Part shown: positions 27,108 to 40,466 of the stretch, piece after piece
Numbering within the stretch: the stretch's first letter is position 1
Layout: each line of letters starts with the position of its first letter
Assembly (NCBI RefSeq): GCF_009834535.1
Contig: NC_045697.1
Span: forward strand, 36,458,001 to 36,522,000
DNA length: 64,000 nucleotides
Direction of reading: 5' to 3'
Source: Camelus ferus
Taxonomy: Eukaryota
Position numbers and translations under genes: made by a program
The notes under the pieces: generated by a model
Seen by the model: only the letters and a program-made list of their open reading frames with translations
Databases searched by the model: none
Told to the model about the DNA's origin: nothing

Positions 27108-29604
27108 CTGAAACAAGATGTAATCAGTATAAATGCACAGTAAAATTGAACTCCTTGTAATTATTGTGATTCATCTCCCATTTCCTTTGTTGGCTTTTTA
27201 GGCTTAATAGCACTGCATGGATCTTACTCAGAACTGTCACAGCCCAGTAACCTTTGTGCTGTTAGCTGGCTTTTTCTAATTGAACTGTTTTCCACAGCTA
27301 AACACCCTTTAAAACAATGATACCATCTATTAGGTTCTGCTTATATGTCTACTGAGAAATAATCATATTTTTGGCTTAAAGATGATTTAATGCCTTAATT
27401 TATATTAAAAAGTTGGATATGCCTAAATCCTTACTCATGAACCAAATTCAAGCATACTTACGGACGTCACATTTTTATTTACTTAATGGATGTAAATTTT
27501 TAATGAAGGCAAAAATTCTTTGAATCTCAGTGAAAAAAAATTTAAACCCTAACTAACAGACTGACTGAAGTTTTGACTTTTGAAAAATACCAGTTTATAT
27601 GTAGTTCTACATGTTTGATAGGCTATAGAGAAGCATGCAGGCATAATTATAGTGAATGGAGATAGAGGTGCATTTAAAGATAAGAACAATTCATATTGCA
27701 GGAGAAAAAATTAGCCATAAGCTGAACAGCAAGTTATAAAAGGAATGGGAAGAAAGACCACAGGTTTTCTGTAAATGAGTAGAATCCTCAGCTAAAACAG
27801 AAAATTAGATCAAAGAAGCTATTGCTTTTACTGTTCAGTGGCAGTTGCATCCATGTTATCGTAAGTGCAGACTGAGTAAGTACAAAACTGTGTGACAGTT
27901 GTGACAGAGCTGTGTCAGGAGCTGGATTTGCAAAATCCCTCAGTCCAGGCACTGGTTTGAAGGAAAATTAGCATTTTCATGTTGGTAAAAATCAAGATAT
28001 GATTGTTTTGTTTATAAATTGTACCTTAAAATATTAACTGCTTTTTGAAAAATCAATAAAATGTCTCGTGAAATGTTTTGTTAAGTGAAGTTAGTCATTA
28101 CATTTGTTACTGACCTTGCTAATCAATGTAACATGACTTTCTTTTCATGGCATTGCAACTCCCATTTGAAGTAAAACAAGCTTTGAGTTTGGTGGATAAC
28201 TTTAAAATGTGCTAAAATGCAGTGCTGCTCAGTTTTGCTTTGTATCTGTTTTCATGTATCATTTAATTTTTCACTGAAATGACAGCTGAAAATATAAATT
28301 TCATTAAATGAAACAATCATTTTATATTGTAAAATATTTATCTGCTTCTGTATTTCACAGTAAGATTTCATGTTAGTATATTCATCTTGTAGGAGTCATG
28401 GCATGTTCGTACCACGTTTACACAATGGTTCACTGCCTGCTTATGTTCAAAGCAGGTAATTGTTCCCCAAACACCAGAGCCTTTTGTTCCCACCTATCCC
28501 CAATATTGGGGGGGAAGCAGGTGAAGAACTGCATGCTTCTTATCCAAGGTCATGGTCAAATATCTGTCTTAACATTCTTTAAAACACATAAATGGGTACA
28601 TAGAGCAATACTCAAAACCAAGTATTTCTTACACTTTTGACCATTAGGTTTTTTTCAGTATCACCTTGGGCCTTACATTGACTCTTATTGAAAATTTTAT
28701 TCCATATGGACAAGCTATAAAAATTAACCATCTAAAATTTGTAAGTACCAATATAAAAATTTCAACATAACATTAAGTCACAAGTGTGTCTATTTTTCTA
28801 GACTCTTATTTTGATGAGTGTCCCATGCTCTGGATGTATGGGTGAATAAAACATACAAAACCCCTGCCCTCAGTAGCAAGCATTCAAGTGGATTTCAGTG
28901 ATAATAATGTTATTTCATCAAGGGCTTTCCTTCAGTTAAGTATTTTAATTTCATTGTAGTGGTGAGAGAGAGCTCAGTATGTTAAACCCTTTTAGTCAGA
29001 CCTTGGTTAGTTGGGACTTACAAGTTTTAGGGCATTTTTTTCTTCAGTGGAATCACTTCACTCCCTACTGGGAAATGTGGAGCTGTCTTTGATTAATGTG
29101 AAGGATTTACCTTTGAGATATTGTGACCTAAAAATCTAAATTTAAATGTGAGCTCTTTTCCGATTCTGAATTCTCTAAATTACAGCCTAGTTGAAGAAGA
29201 TTTGGCATAGAGTAAAGAATAGCAAGGAGTTTGGTAATATTTCCCAATGAGAACATTATGGTTACCTCAAAAAGAAATATAAACTCCACTAAAAGGAGTT
29301 GGCGGGTGTGGTGAAGTCCTGGGCTCCTCAGGAAGCTACATGTTTTTCTGTTCTTCCTTCACTGGCTGTTCTTTCTCAGCCTCCTTCAAGGGCTCCCCTT
29401 TCCCCAGCCCACTCCTCAGCGGACCTCTTCACTGCGCCCCTATACTACCACAGTGTGGTGTCTCACAGTGTGTGTGCCTTTCAGGGAGTCTGGGAGGCAA
29501 AAAATACTTGTCACACTGGAAGACATTATTTGCCTTTTTCACTACCATTTTCTTATGAGCATAGGATGGCATATTCCAGGGGACACGTGATAGGTGATCT
29601 GGCA

Positions 29605-29925
29605 ACAGACTGAATGCAGAAGAAGAATCCAGTTACCTTTAATTGAGCCAAATATTAAAGAGGTTTGCAAAAAATATACAATGCCATTCTTGTAATTTTT
29701 TAAAATACTGTCATATAAAATTTTTTTCTCATGAAAGATGTTATTTTATGTTTACATATAATGGGATTACTATTTTAAGTGAATAAATAAAATTCAAAAT
29801 CTCTCAGATTAATTTATAATAAGGTAAATATTATTAGATATAACCTATATAAGCAAAAGCTCTTTGTGAACAATACTCTGTAAGTATGTGTAGGGGTCTT
29901 GAGGCAAAAGCTTTGGGAATTTCTG
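29605..29925 (-). mobile_element. Charlie1-like fragment
   Basis: Reverse-complement similarity to the 5' half of the element at 92-652 (AAGCAAAAGCTCTTTG, GAATCCAG, ATTAAAGAGGTTTGCAAAAA). Confidence 0.65.
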
Positions 29926-30022
29926 CTCTAGACTCGTTTATCAAACTTCATGTCCCACTGTCCCACTGGTAACTCAAACTCAATGTGTCCAAAACAACTA
30001 ATATCTCCTCATTCTTCCTTAT

Positions 30023-30404
30023 TGTGGCAAAATAATTACATTAATGGCCTAAAGTCATCACCCTTCCCTGGTATCTATGCCTCTTACTGCATAACTTTGT
30101 GGTGCCTTCCTACTGATTGTGGATGTAGTCATAAGATCATCAGTGGGATGTTTGCCAGAGCCAGCCAGATCCTAGACACGTGGGCATGGCCAGCCAAGAT
30201 CAGCAGAGACCCCTGAATGACCCAAAGAGGGCTGCCAACGCACAGGGGAGCCAGCCAAGATCAACCACGCCTGACCCGGATCAGCTCACAGGCACCCTCC
30301 CCACCTCCACCCCGGACTCACGAGCTAAATAAACCTATTGTTGCCTGCTTACCGAGGTTTTGCGGCTGGTTTGTTATGTAGCATGACTGTGAAAATAACT
30401 GATA
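30023..30404 (+). mobile_element. MaLR LTR remnant (old MLT1 family)
   Basis: Ends AAATAAAC...GTTTGTTATGTAGCA...AATAACTGATA, typical of MLT1 3' ends. Confidence 0.65.
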
Positions 30405-31082
30405 TTCCTACTCTCCCATTTTGGTTATATCCTCCAGCTAGATAAAACAGACCACCATTCACTCCAGTGTCTTTCCTAGGTTCCAAAAGCACCCTGTGCC
30501 TATGTATTTTAATTGTAACTTTTGTAATTCATAATCTTTAATTTAATTTACTATGACATGTTGCCTATTATATTATGAAGTCCATGGGGGCTTCTCCTGG
30601 TACATGCTATATTCATTATTTCATTCAACTAATGCCTGTTAAGCAGAGCCATTTAAAGACCTACAGAGACACTAAGTATTATTTTCTTGTGGAGGCTCCA
30701 CGCATTATTATAACAAACACATGAAAGTGTTTGTTCATATCCCACATTAAATATAGGTGAGTTGGGGAAGGTGTAAAAGAAAAACTAATTTTGCTCTTGA
30801 AATGATTTCACAGTGAGTTACTCATTTGATTCCCAATTGACTGTAACTTAATAGCAATCATCACACAGGGAGTAATGGGGGGAAAATGGCAAGAAATTTG
30901 AGGCTCAAGAGGTTAAGCAATTAAAAAAAATACATACAATGCTGGTGGCTACATGAAACATCCACCGAATCATTCACATTCCTGCAGAACTCACTTTACA
31001 GTAGAGAGAAAACAAATGGTAAAACTGAAATTATAAGAACTAAATACAGGCTTTAAGTCTTCTTAAGGATGTTCACCAATTG

Positions 31083-31335
31083 CACAGTGGTTAAGATCCC
31101 AAACCAGGCAGCCTAGTTCAAACCCCAATTCTGCATAGTAACCAGCATGTAACCTTGGGCAAGTTACTTAACCACTCTGCTTCAATCTCCCGTTTTTCAA
31201 GTGGGGATAATATTGGTACCTAGATCACAGGGCTGACGTGAGTTTTAAATGAGTGAAAAATGCAAAGAACATGTAAAGCACTTGGCAGATTACCTGGCAT
31301 GCAGAAAAGGATATAAGTGTGAGCTACTGTTGCAG
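31083..31335 (+). mobile_element. MIR SINE
   Basis: CAGTGGTTAAGA ... GTAACCTTGGGCAAGTTACTTAACCACTCTG ... ATGTAAAGCACTT. Confidence 0.85.
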
Positions 31336-34072
31336 TTGTTAGTTTTATTACAGGCTTGGATGTACCTGATAGCGTCCCTATCTTATAGTTAAAATGTAAA
31401 AGTTTTTGACTTAAAAATAAAAATCCATGATATTTGCCTCCTTGCTCTTCAGTATAGACAATCCTCATCAAACTGCTCTATGTTCAGGAAAGCGAAGTTC
31501 AGGAAAGCAAAAGGTTAAATTCTTGGGCAAGGAAAGAAGTGAGTGTTTAAAAAGAGAGAGAAATGAGTTAATGTGTATTACTATCATACTAGTACAGATG
31601 AGAGCATGTTTTGCAAGACTTCCAGATGTGGAGCATGGGTCCTGAGAGCCAACAGTGAATAAAGCAGAAGGTCTTCAGTGTTTTCTGAATCCCCTCCAAC
31701 TGAATGGCATCTGGTAATTTGCGTCGCCTAGAGACTGTGTCTGGGGCCACTGCCCAGGGCTCACTCTTGGGACCCAAGGCACCCCTGATAAGGAGAAGAC
31801 ATATTTGTGCTGTCCTTAATAATAACCTGTTTTTACTCTCTGCAGCTGCTCATTCTATCTGACACTCACTGGTTCAGAACAGGCACCCACTGGGTCAGCA
31901 TTCTAACAGTACGCTCTTTACGTACATTCATTCTATGTGATGGACTGCACTTGAGGACATGATCACAATGTCCCAGAGAAGGGATTTTCTGTTTCTAGAC
32001 TTGCTGACATGTCACCGTTTTTCTTCATTGATAGAGAATCTTAGGTAACTGGCTGGATCATACTTTAGGGCAAATAGTTTCTCTCAAAATCTGTTCAGCA
32101 AAAGGGGAAAATGTTTGACTGAGTAAATGTATAACTTGGAGGGAAATGCCTTCTTTGTGAATTAAAAAAAAAAAATCTTTTTGTAGCCTAAATCTCTAGA
32201 AGTTCCAGCAGGCAAGTAACTTTTGCTGATGTACAACAAATGGCCAAAATTCTTAGGACATCTCTAATGCCAAATGACTAGAGACATTTAAGCCGATGAT
32301 ATTGCATTAATTGGGGAGAACCTGAGGTCTCCGGGGCTCTCTGCAGTCAAGGTTAGAAATGCGAGTGGATCTCCCACCCATGAAAATGGAAGCAGTGTTA
32401 CGACTGGGACTCATCCTGGGACTGTCTGGGGGCTTGTATAGGAGCGTGAGACTGAGTGTTAAGGACTTCTGAAAAATGCCAGGTGGACATTCTTCTAGCT
32501 CCAAAACGTCAGAGTGAAGATTGTGTTTCCCCTTCTGCTTTTAAAAATTATTATAAAGGCGACTAGGAGACTTGGAAACAGACATGCAAACTCCATATGA
32601 AACAAAACTGAGGGAGAACTGCCCAAGGCAGTGAAAGTCAAAGCAGGAAGGCAGAAGAGAGGCTGCCCAGCCTGGAGAGTGTGGACCCAGCCTGCAGGGC
32701 CCTGGGGCCATGGTGAGCGGCCTCTCTGACGGGTAGAACGCCCACTCCACAGGGACCACCAGAAAGAGGCAGGCGGGCTGTCTGGCAGAGCCCAGTTTGG
32801 CAGAGAAGAAGGGGATGAGTGAGGCAATGAAAACCCAAACTGATAACCCATTCAGGAAGCATGCTCGGAAGGACAGAAGGACAGGAAGCAGCAGCCTGTG
32901 TGTGTGGCAGGGTCGGGGAGAGATGTGAACCGTGAGTGCCCTGCAAGGCTGACCTTAGCTGGTGTGGGAGAAGAAAAGAAACACACAACCCTGTGTCATG
33001 AAGAGAAGTTTCCACCACCTGGAAGATGGCGCTGGTTCCTCCTTTTATTATAAACCTCCAGCAGTGAAAGCTTGAAAAGGAATCGAGGTCAGTTTGTATC
33101 TGAGGTAGGGGTATTTTTAAATACCTCATTTAAAAGAAAAAAGAAGAGACACCAACCTATCTACACCCTCAAGAAAAATGTCCACCCTAAAATCAAACAT
33201 CTCACTTTCATTCATTTAATCCTCTGCCAGCATATCATCATCAGTGACTCTAATGTTTAACATTTAAACCATGTATTTGGAATTATTAAGGCCATTCTTT
33301 GAAAGCCAAGAGTTTATGCTCTGATGCAGGTGGGTAAACCCCAATTTATCTGTCCTTGGACTATTCAATTTCTGGATCTAGCCATTTAGCAAGGCTGCCC
33401 CCAAATCCTTTCTTGAACTGACTGAAACATTTAAGTTCCCTTCCCTATAAGGCTCTAGTTACATCTCACTGAAATGGCAACCTAGCTGATTCCTAAAGGT
33501 TTATGCAAGAACTTTACAACAGGAGCAACTAGGGAGAGGTGATCTGAGACAGGTCCTCAATCAACACTTGCCCCAACAACTGGGCAAAGGCAAAATGTGC
33601 TGCTGCACTGCTCTGCGTGCGTTTAGCCAGGGCCGCCTGGAAGCTGGAGAGGTGAAACCAGAGGGGTTTTACCTTCATGCAAGTTCCTAGAGATGCCACT
33701 AGCCAACCAGGGAAAGGTGACCTTCCCCTGCTCCAGGATGTGTGAACACAGGCTGGATCACAGCCCCCCTCCCTATTAGCTGAGCTTCTTGCTGCATGTA
33801 CAACCCACACAACCGTACATGGCTGACCAATGAGCTTCTCCACATCAGTGCCTAACAGTGTTTCCATATCCAGGCTTTTGTACCTGCCCGAGATTGCTGC
33901 ATGCATTTTCAGTTACAAAAGGAAAGACAATCATTTCAAATACTCCCACAACCAAGCCTGGGTCTCATTAAGATGCTAGTGCCATGAATCAGCACAAGAA
34001 AGTGAAAGAGTGGTCTAAGAGCTGTAATTGTTTCCTCCCACACCTCCCCGAGGATGTCACACTGGGACTCAC

Positions 34073-34304
34073 CGTGGTAATTCCAGCCACATTACCCAGG
34101 AGGGGGACCAGTCACCGGGTGGGGCTGTGTTGTTGTGGTTGGAGTCCAAGGTTGCTGGGCTGCTGCAATCTTCCTGAGGCTCATGTTCTTTAACTTCCAA
34201 AGCTTTAAGTACCACCGAGGAGGATGTGCTTTTCAATAAAGCAACTGCCTCGCTCCGGCTGACCTCTGTTAGTTCAATCCCATTCACATTCAACAAAATG
34301 TCAC
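34073..34304 (-). CDS. LNX1: LNX1 exon (232 nt), end of PDZ3 and linker ending [13 protein letters not shown]
   Basis: cactag| [12 protein letters not shown]... |gtgagt; ORF 34069..34296. Confidence 0.96.
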
Positions 34305-35859
34305 CTAGTGGCCAGAGAAGCAGAAGCCATTCTTAGTGAGAGTGCAAACGGGAACTTCTGCTGGAGAGGCAAAGGGGCATGCAGGCAGGTGGCATGTCAT
34401 TAGCCTGGTGTTGCTGTGAGACTGGGTTCTCTTATAGCAGATGGTGAACAATGTGCTCGTTCCAAGGCGTTGGTAAACCATGTGTGGGGCTTTCTAAAGC
34501 ATACCTATTGTTGTGTGGCTCTTGTCTTAAAAAAAAAAAAAAGAAAAAGAAAGGAAGGAAGATAAAATAGCCACATTCACTATTAATCAAAGAAAATCTC
34601 CTTTTTCTTCCTTTCTCCCGTTTTTAGCGCCAAGGGAGAACACTTGGGAAAAGCTCCCTGCACCTGCACAGAGCCCGGCATGTGGTCATGTAGCAGGCAC
34701 CCAGGAAATATGGATTGAGTGAATAAATAAGCAAGTCCCCATGAGAGTGTCTGGCAGAGTCATCTTAGCAGTTAAGAAAAATGGGTCTGGAACTGTGTTG
34801 TTAAAGAGGTAGAGAGAAAAGTTCCCATTTCTAGTCACTGCAAGGTGACGACAGCTACCACTGGTCAAGCGCCTGCTACATGCAGAACCATCGTATCCTA
34901 TAATCCTTTGCTCAAGTTCTCTTGTTAATAAAGTCACTTCTTGGTTGACTGCATCATTTCTACCCAGGTGCTTGGGTGAAAAAGAAAAGCAAGAGAAGCT
35001 AAAAGACATACCTCCCCATCTCCATTTTCTATTCTTATATTTCTCTGTTTTTCTGCCTCCATCTTTTTTACACAGAATAATCATAGCATTAAGAGTAAAA
35101 GGATAGGAGGAGAAAGATGGGAAAGACCTCGAGATCATCCTGACCTCAAAAGAAGCACTGTTAGGTTGGCTGACTGAATTCCTTAACATGCCATCCCCCA
35201 GTGGCTAAGCAGTTGTACTTCAGAAACAGCACATTTTAGCTCTTGAATCTGAAACCTGAAAGGGCGTAACTGCCATCTGAGCTGCCCCTTCATGGGAACT
35301 GACAATACTATTAAAGATGCAAACTGGACATCACTTGCCTTCACTGGAAGTAGCCCCAAATCACCTAAGATTCAAGTAGTGAAACACTAGTCATCAATTG
35401 GAAAGTACCCTGCTTGGTACTTTCACTTACTAAATATTCATTAAATCAAATTCTATCAAGTTGTTTCTCTTATCCAACCCATAAAATAGAACAATTCATG
35501 ACCATTTTTATCATTGGATCAATCCAGCAAAGACTCACTTAGAACGAACGGAATGAAATTATGCCACTTAACTGAAGCAACTTGCTCATAACTGTAGCAC
35601 TTCTCTATTAATTCTTGGCATAGTTGGCAGGTACTCACGTTACCAGCGAGCAAGGTGGCCCACATCCACGCGCATGAAGAGGGCTGAAACCCAGTCCAGC
35701 TACTGTACGCAAACTAATCATGGTCAGTGGGTAACAGATGTCCCAGCCAGATACCCTCACATTCTCTTGTTAATTGTGGAAACAGTTACCTAACCCAGCA
35801 AGGTGCTAATTCCTTTTAACACTCTGCTGCCCAGTATCTTACGTCTCTTGGCTTCTTAC

Positions 35860-36037
35860 CTGTTTTTATTCTTCCATCTCTGCTTATGACTCCTCCAGGC
35901 TCAACACTGATGACATAGATCGGCAAGTCCCACTCCCTGTGGGACGCTCCCCCTGCAACCGTCATGCCGAGTGATTCGCTGGGGTCTTTTCGGACATTTA
36001 CCACCTTCTCATGACAAGTGACCGCAGGATGGAGGGG
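35860..36037 (-). CDS. LNX1: LNX1 exon (178 nt), first part of PDZ3
   Basis: ccttcag| [30 protein letters not shown]...GRIKT |gtaaga; ORF 35816..36070. Confidence 0.97.
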
Positions 36038-37374
36038 CTGAAGGCACAGACAGAAAAACAAATATGGCACATTTGTTCACAAGTGGGGTGGCATTTCCTA
36101 CATACAAAACCCAAGATTGCATAGATATGTAATAGTGGTTCTTAGTCTTAGAAAGAGAGACGCACACAGAGAACTCATTTGGTCCCCACCCTCAGCAGAG
36201 TTACCTTACCCCAAATTCCACAGGCTGACTCAGAGAAAATTTACACTTCAAATGGGACCAGTTAAAAAATGGAAGGAGGAATAGGCTGGAGACCACTGAA
36301 GAAATATTAAGCATACAAAATGAACTGCCTGCAAAATTTTTCAAGTGACTCATTTATTCCTGATACAATGAGTCAACACTTCATAAAAGTCTTGTCAATC
36401 CATCAATTAGGAATTTCTTCTAAGTTAAAAAAAAAAGTAACCATATTTAAATTAAGTGGTCCCAGTTTAATGTATGCAGGTACTCAATTATAGAAATCCT
36501 CAAAGAAAAATAATGAATTTCACAAATACTCCACTCTAAAAACTTACCAATATCTAGGTTTCCCCTAATTCATGCTTACTTTAGCACTTCAAAATAATAT
36601 GTAGCTATATCCTTTAATTTCATTACATAAAATATAGTACACACATTATACAGTATACCCGTTGGACCAACTTTTCAAAAGCAGATTACAAGAATCGTGA
36701 TTTTGATTCAACATTAGACTAGAAACACTAGGCAAGCAACACGCAGCATTATCTGGAAGCAACAAGACAGAGTGGGTCAAGGGCACTGCTTATCAGTGAA
36801 TACATATCAAGACATATTTTTCTAAAAACTAATACTCCTTCCTGCTTAGTCAGTGACCCGGAAGACTAAGTGGGTATGAGCACTGCAAATAAATATTTAT
36901 AACACTTGATCAAATCTCAAAGACGTCTATGGTTCAAAACATAGCTTATAGTTCTACCTAAAGAAAACTTAAAAGTACATCTGACAAAAGATAAGCTACA
37001 GAGCAAAGGGTAAATATACCACCTTTTGTTTTTTTAAAAAAAGGAGATAAATAAGAATTTGTATTAGTATTTGCATTTTCATAAAAAAAAACTATGGAAG
37101 AAAAAGAGGTTTCTTGGGGTGGAGAAAGGAACTGGACAGATTGGGGTGAGAGACTTAATACATACTTATATACTTTCCGTTTTTGAGCCCTGTGACTATA
37201 TTATCTCTTCAACAAATCGAATGAATTATAATTAAACAAACTTCTGTAAATTTGATGGTTGACATCATATAAAACTATACGTGCATGCACAGAATCAATT
37301 TTTAATGCTTCATTATAAAGCAAGATAAGCCTAGGACTTTCATGCATTTATTATCTCATGATTACCCATGCCTG

Positions 37375-37448
37375 ATTTTTTAATTGAAGTATAGTCACTT
37401 TTACAATGTGTCAATTTCTGGCGTACAGCAACATGTTTCAGTCATACA
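37375..37448 (-). mobile_element. 74-bp extremely 5'-truncated L1 tail with perfect TSD
   Basis: TACCCATGCCTG at 37363-37374 and 37449-37460; body is the reverse complement of the L1 3' terminus. Confidence 0.88.
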
Positions 37449-37887
37449 TACCCATGCCTGTTTTAATGGCCTTATTGTATACAGTAATGCCCTGTTACTG
37501 TACCCCCAGCACTGAACATAGCATTTAACACGTAAGTACATGTTTGTTGAATAAATGGATGGATAAACTGCAAATTGCCCCAAATTGTTTATGATAGTAA
37601 TAGAATAATACATTGGAAATTAAAAATAAGTATAGCAAGGTATATGTTACAATGAATACTTGTAAGGTGTGAGTTGTGTTTATATAAACCTTGGACCTTT
37701 GAAGTGCCCTGCAGAGACTGGTTATCAGATGAGGGTTGTAAAACTGAAATCAGAGATAAGTTCCAAGACAAGACAAGTAAGTAGTTTAACAGCATGAGCA
37801 CAGAGCTCCCCGCATTCTGGTCAAGGCCAAGGAGTAGATTTGGAGGGGATCTTAAGATCTGTCCTCCATATATGACTTGTCCTTCTC

Positions 37888-38071
37888 TTTTTGGGACTGG
37901 TAATTAGTATTTATTTATTTGGGGGGGAGTAATTAGGTATTTATTTATATAAATATATATGTATGTATATATACACATACATATATATTAATATATGTAG
38001 ATACTGGGGATTGAACCCAGGACCTCGTGCATGCTAAACACACGCTCTACCACTGAACTATACCCTCCCCC
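37888..38071 (-). mobile_element. Camelid tRNA-derived SINE (vic-1-like) with internal (AT)n expansion
   Basis: Minus strand GGGGAGGGTATAGTTCAGTGGTAGAGC...GGGTTCAATCCCCAGTA with A and B boxes; AAATAAATACCTAATTAC tail; TSD-like GACTTKTCCTT. Confidence 0.88.
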
Positions 38072-40441
38072 GACTTTTCCTTTCTTAAAAGCAGCTAGAT
38101 TGAGGATGTCTCTTCCTTTAACTATAATCATCTCTCAGAAGATCCTGGCTTGGAGATGCAGGCAGTTCTGAAACTCAGGGCAAAGCTCTAAACCCAGAGA
38201 CTCCCCCGGCTGCCCCACTGCATCAGCTCATTCCTGCGAATATTCATAAAGCATTTACCCCTGGTCCTCACAAAGGGCTTAACTCCATCATTTCCAGGTG
38301 GGGGCCTGGGGTATTGTAGGGGTAAGTGGTCAATCTCTCAAGGTGTTGTTTTAAACACAGCATGGAATACTCTGGACAACAAGGACATCTTTTTCATGCA
38401 AATAAATACACACATACGCTTTATCTCTTGAACAGCTGCCTAGTACTTTATTGTGTAAATATGTCATATTCACCATTAATGACCACTTGGGTTTTTTTTT
38501 TTAAACAGTCTTTTGCAAAATTAAACAGTGTCACTGTGCACATCCTTAGACATACATCTTGTGCACTGGTGTAAATATTTCTTTAGGCTCATGCCCTAGA
38601 AGTACAACTGCTAAATCAAAGAGCCTGAGCATTTAACATTTTGATATTGATAAATTACCTTTGTAACAGCTCTATCATTTATAATCTCACTAATACATCA
38701 TGAAAATGCAAATTTCCCATAATTCTGCCAAAATTGGGTTTAATCAATTTTTATGTTTACTCAGGTAAAAAAGTTTCCAATAATTTAATTGCCTTTCTAG
38801 TACAAAGTTTGAACATCATTTATCATTATTTGGGTTTCTGATGGCAATAAGCATATGAGATTCTCTAACACTGTAATCACTCAAGCCCTCTCTGACTTCA
38901 TCTATGAAATGGGTAAGAATGCCCACGTTCTACAAACCTGTGGCTAAAAAAAAAAAAAAGCAATTAAATGGAAGATATGACTTTGATCTAAGAATATTTT
39001 GGTTAAAAATGTGCTATCAAATTCATTTCAAAGTAGCAAAATTACATAGCTAATGAAATATCCCAGAAGTTGTATTGGCTTCTCTCCTGCTACTCCAGTT
39101 AATAGGAATTATTAGTGAGACGCTTTAATTATTTTGTTGTGAATAAATATTGCTTGAATAATGCACAGATTGGCCAGACACTCCTTTAGGACAAGGAAAG
39201 AAATACTATTTGTTGTCTACTTCAATGTGTCAGGAAGGGCAAACCGAGGCTCACCATTTTAAGAAATCTGATCAATGAAACACAACCCTCAGGAGATAAA
39301 CTGAAATGTAGGCTATCCGGCCGTAAGTCCTTGCTCTCCCACCATGCATCACTCTGCTTTTAGAGGTACCATTCAAACACATGATAGAAATTCATCTATC
39401 GAGTTTCAGATAATTGTCAGAAAAACACACATGAAAGAATTAAGTACCCAATTATTCCAGAAAGAATTTCTCTCACTTACTAGAGAACTCAAACCAAATT
39501 GAATGCTGTCAAACAAAATAGATGACATCTAAGATTTGAATGCAGAAACCTGCATCCTCCTGGCTGCATTGTGCATTATTTACACTTTTAGATACAAGAT
39601 CCTGGAGGGCAGAGTCTTCTTTCACACGTCCTCAGTGCTTACCCAACAGCCTTGCTGCACTGAGCAAAGGGATGTTCCGGGGAGCTCACACCGGCTCAAC
39701 ACGAACAACTGGACTAACGCAAGTAAGAAGTGGTCCATGTGCCCTGTGTCTCCGACAGCCATTGCCTTCCTCACCGGGGAGAGACCCACGCTAGGAACGC
39801 AAAAACCGAAGTTCCCCTGTAAACGACTCACACCCACAGTTGCCTCACTTTGGTTGCAGAGAGCACTTACGTATGACAGAGATCTTTTCCATCTGTGTTT
39901 TCTCCCCACCCCCTTCCCTACTGTAGAGACCTCAGGACATTCCCTTATGTTTAAAAGTGTAATTTTTTATGACATAGTTCTAATTGATTAAAAAGTATCA
40001 CCTGTGTACTCATCATTCAGCTATTAAAAATACATAATGGAATATTTGCTTTGGATTTTTAAAACAAAACATTTCAGATATATAATAAAAGTATAAAGAT
40101 GAACATAATGACCTACCTGTGTACCTTGCAACCTGCATCAGGAATATATGTTCTGCACACAGCTGAAGCCCTGCTGTGATTTCTCTCCGGCCACATCCCC
40201 TTTCCTCTCCCACAGGGGTGCCACACTCCTAAATTTGATGCCTAGCATTCTTTAACTTTTCAACTGGCTAAAAACTTCTCTGTTTTGCAAATCTGGGTTT
40301 GCCTTCTTTGGTATTTCTTTGAATCATTTACGCTCCTACTTTCAAGAAGCAATGCTGTTCCCTAAATAAAACTATAGTAGGATCATAAAAAACTAAATCA
40401 CCAAGTGTTTGTATGTCTTAGTTTAATTTTAAATATGCCAC

Positions 40442-40466
40442 TGTGTGTGTGTGTGTGTGTGTGTGT
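40442..40466. repeat. (TG)12 microsatellite
   Basis: Direct reading. Confidence 0.97.

Noticed and set aside
34686..35189. 167-aa minus-strand intronic ORF
   Set aside because: No recognisable domain, not needed for the LNX1 frame, partly overlaps a repeat-like fragment
38000..38071. tRNA gene candidates (also 50350-50422)
   Set aside because: They are SINE heads with tails and TSDs, not complete cloverleaf tRNA genes
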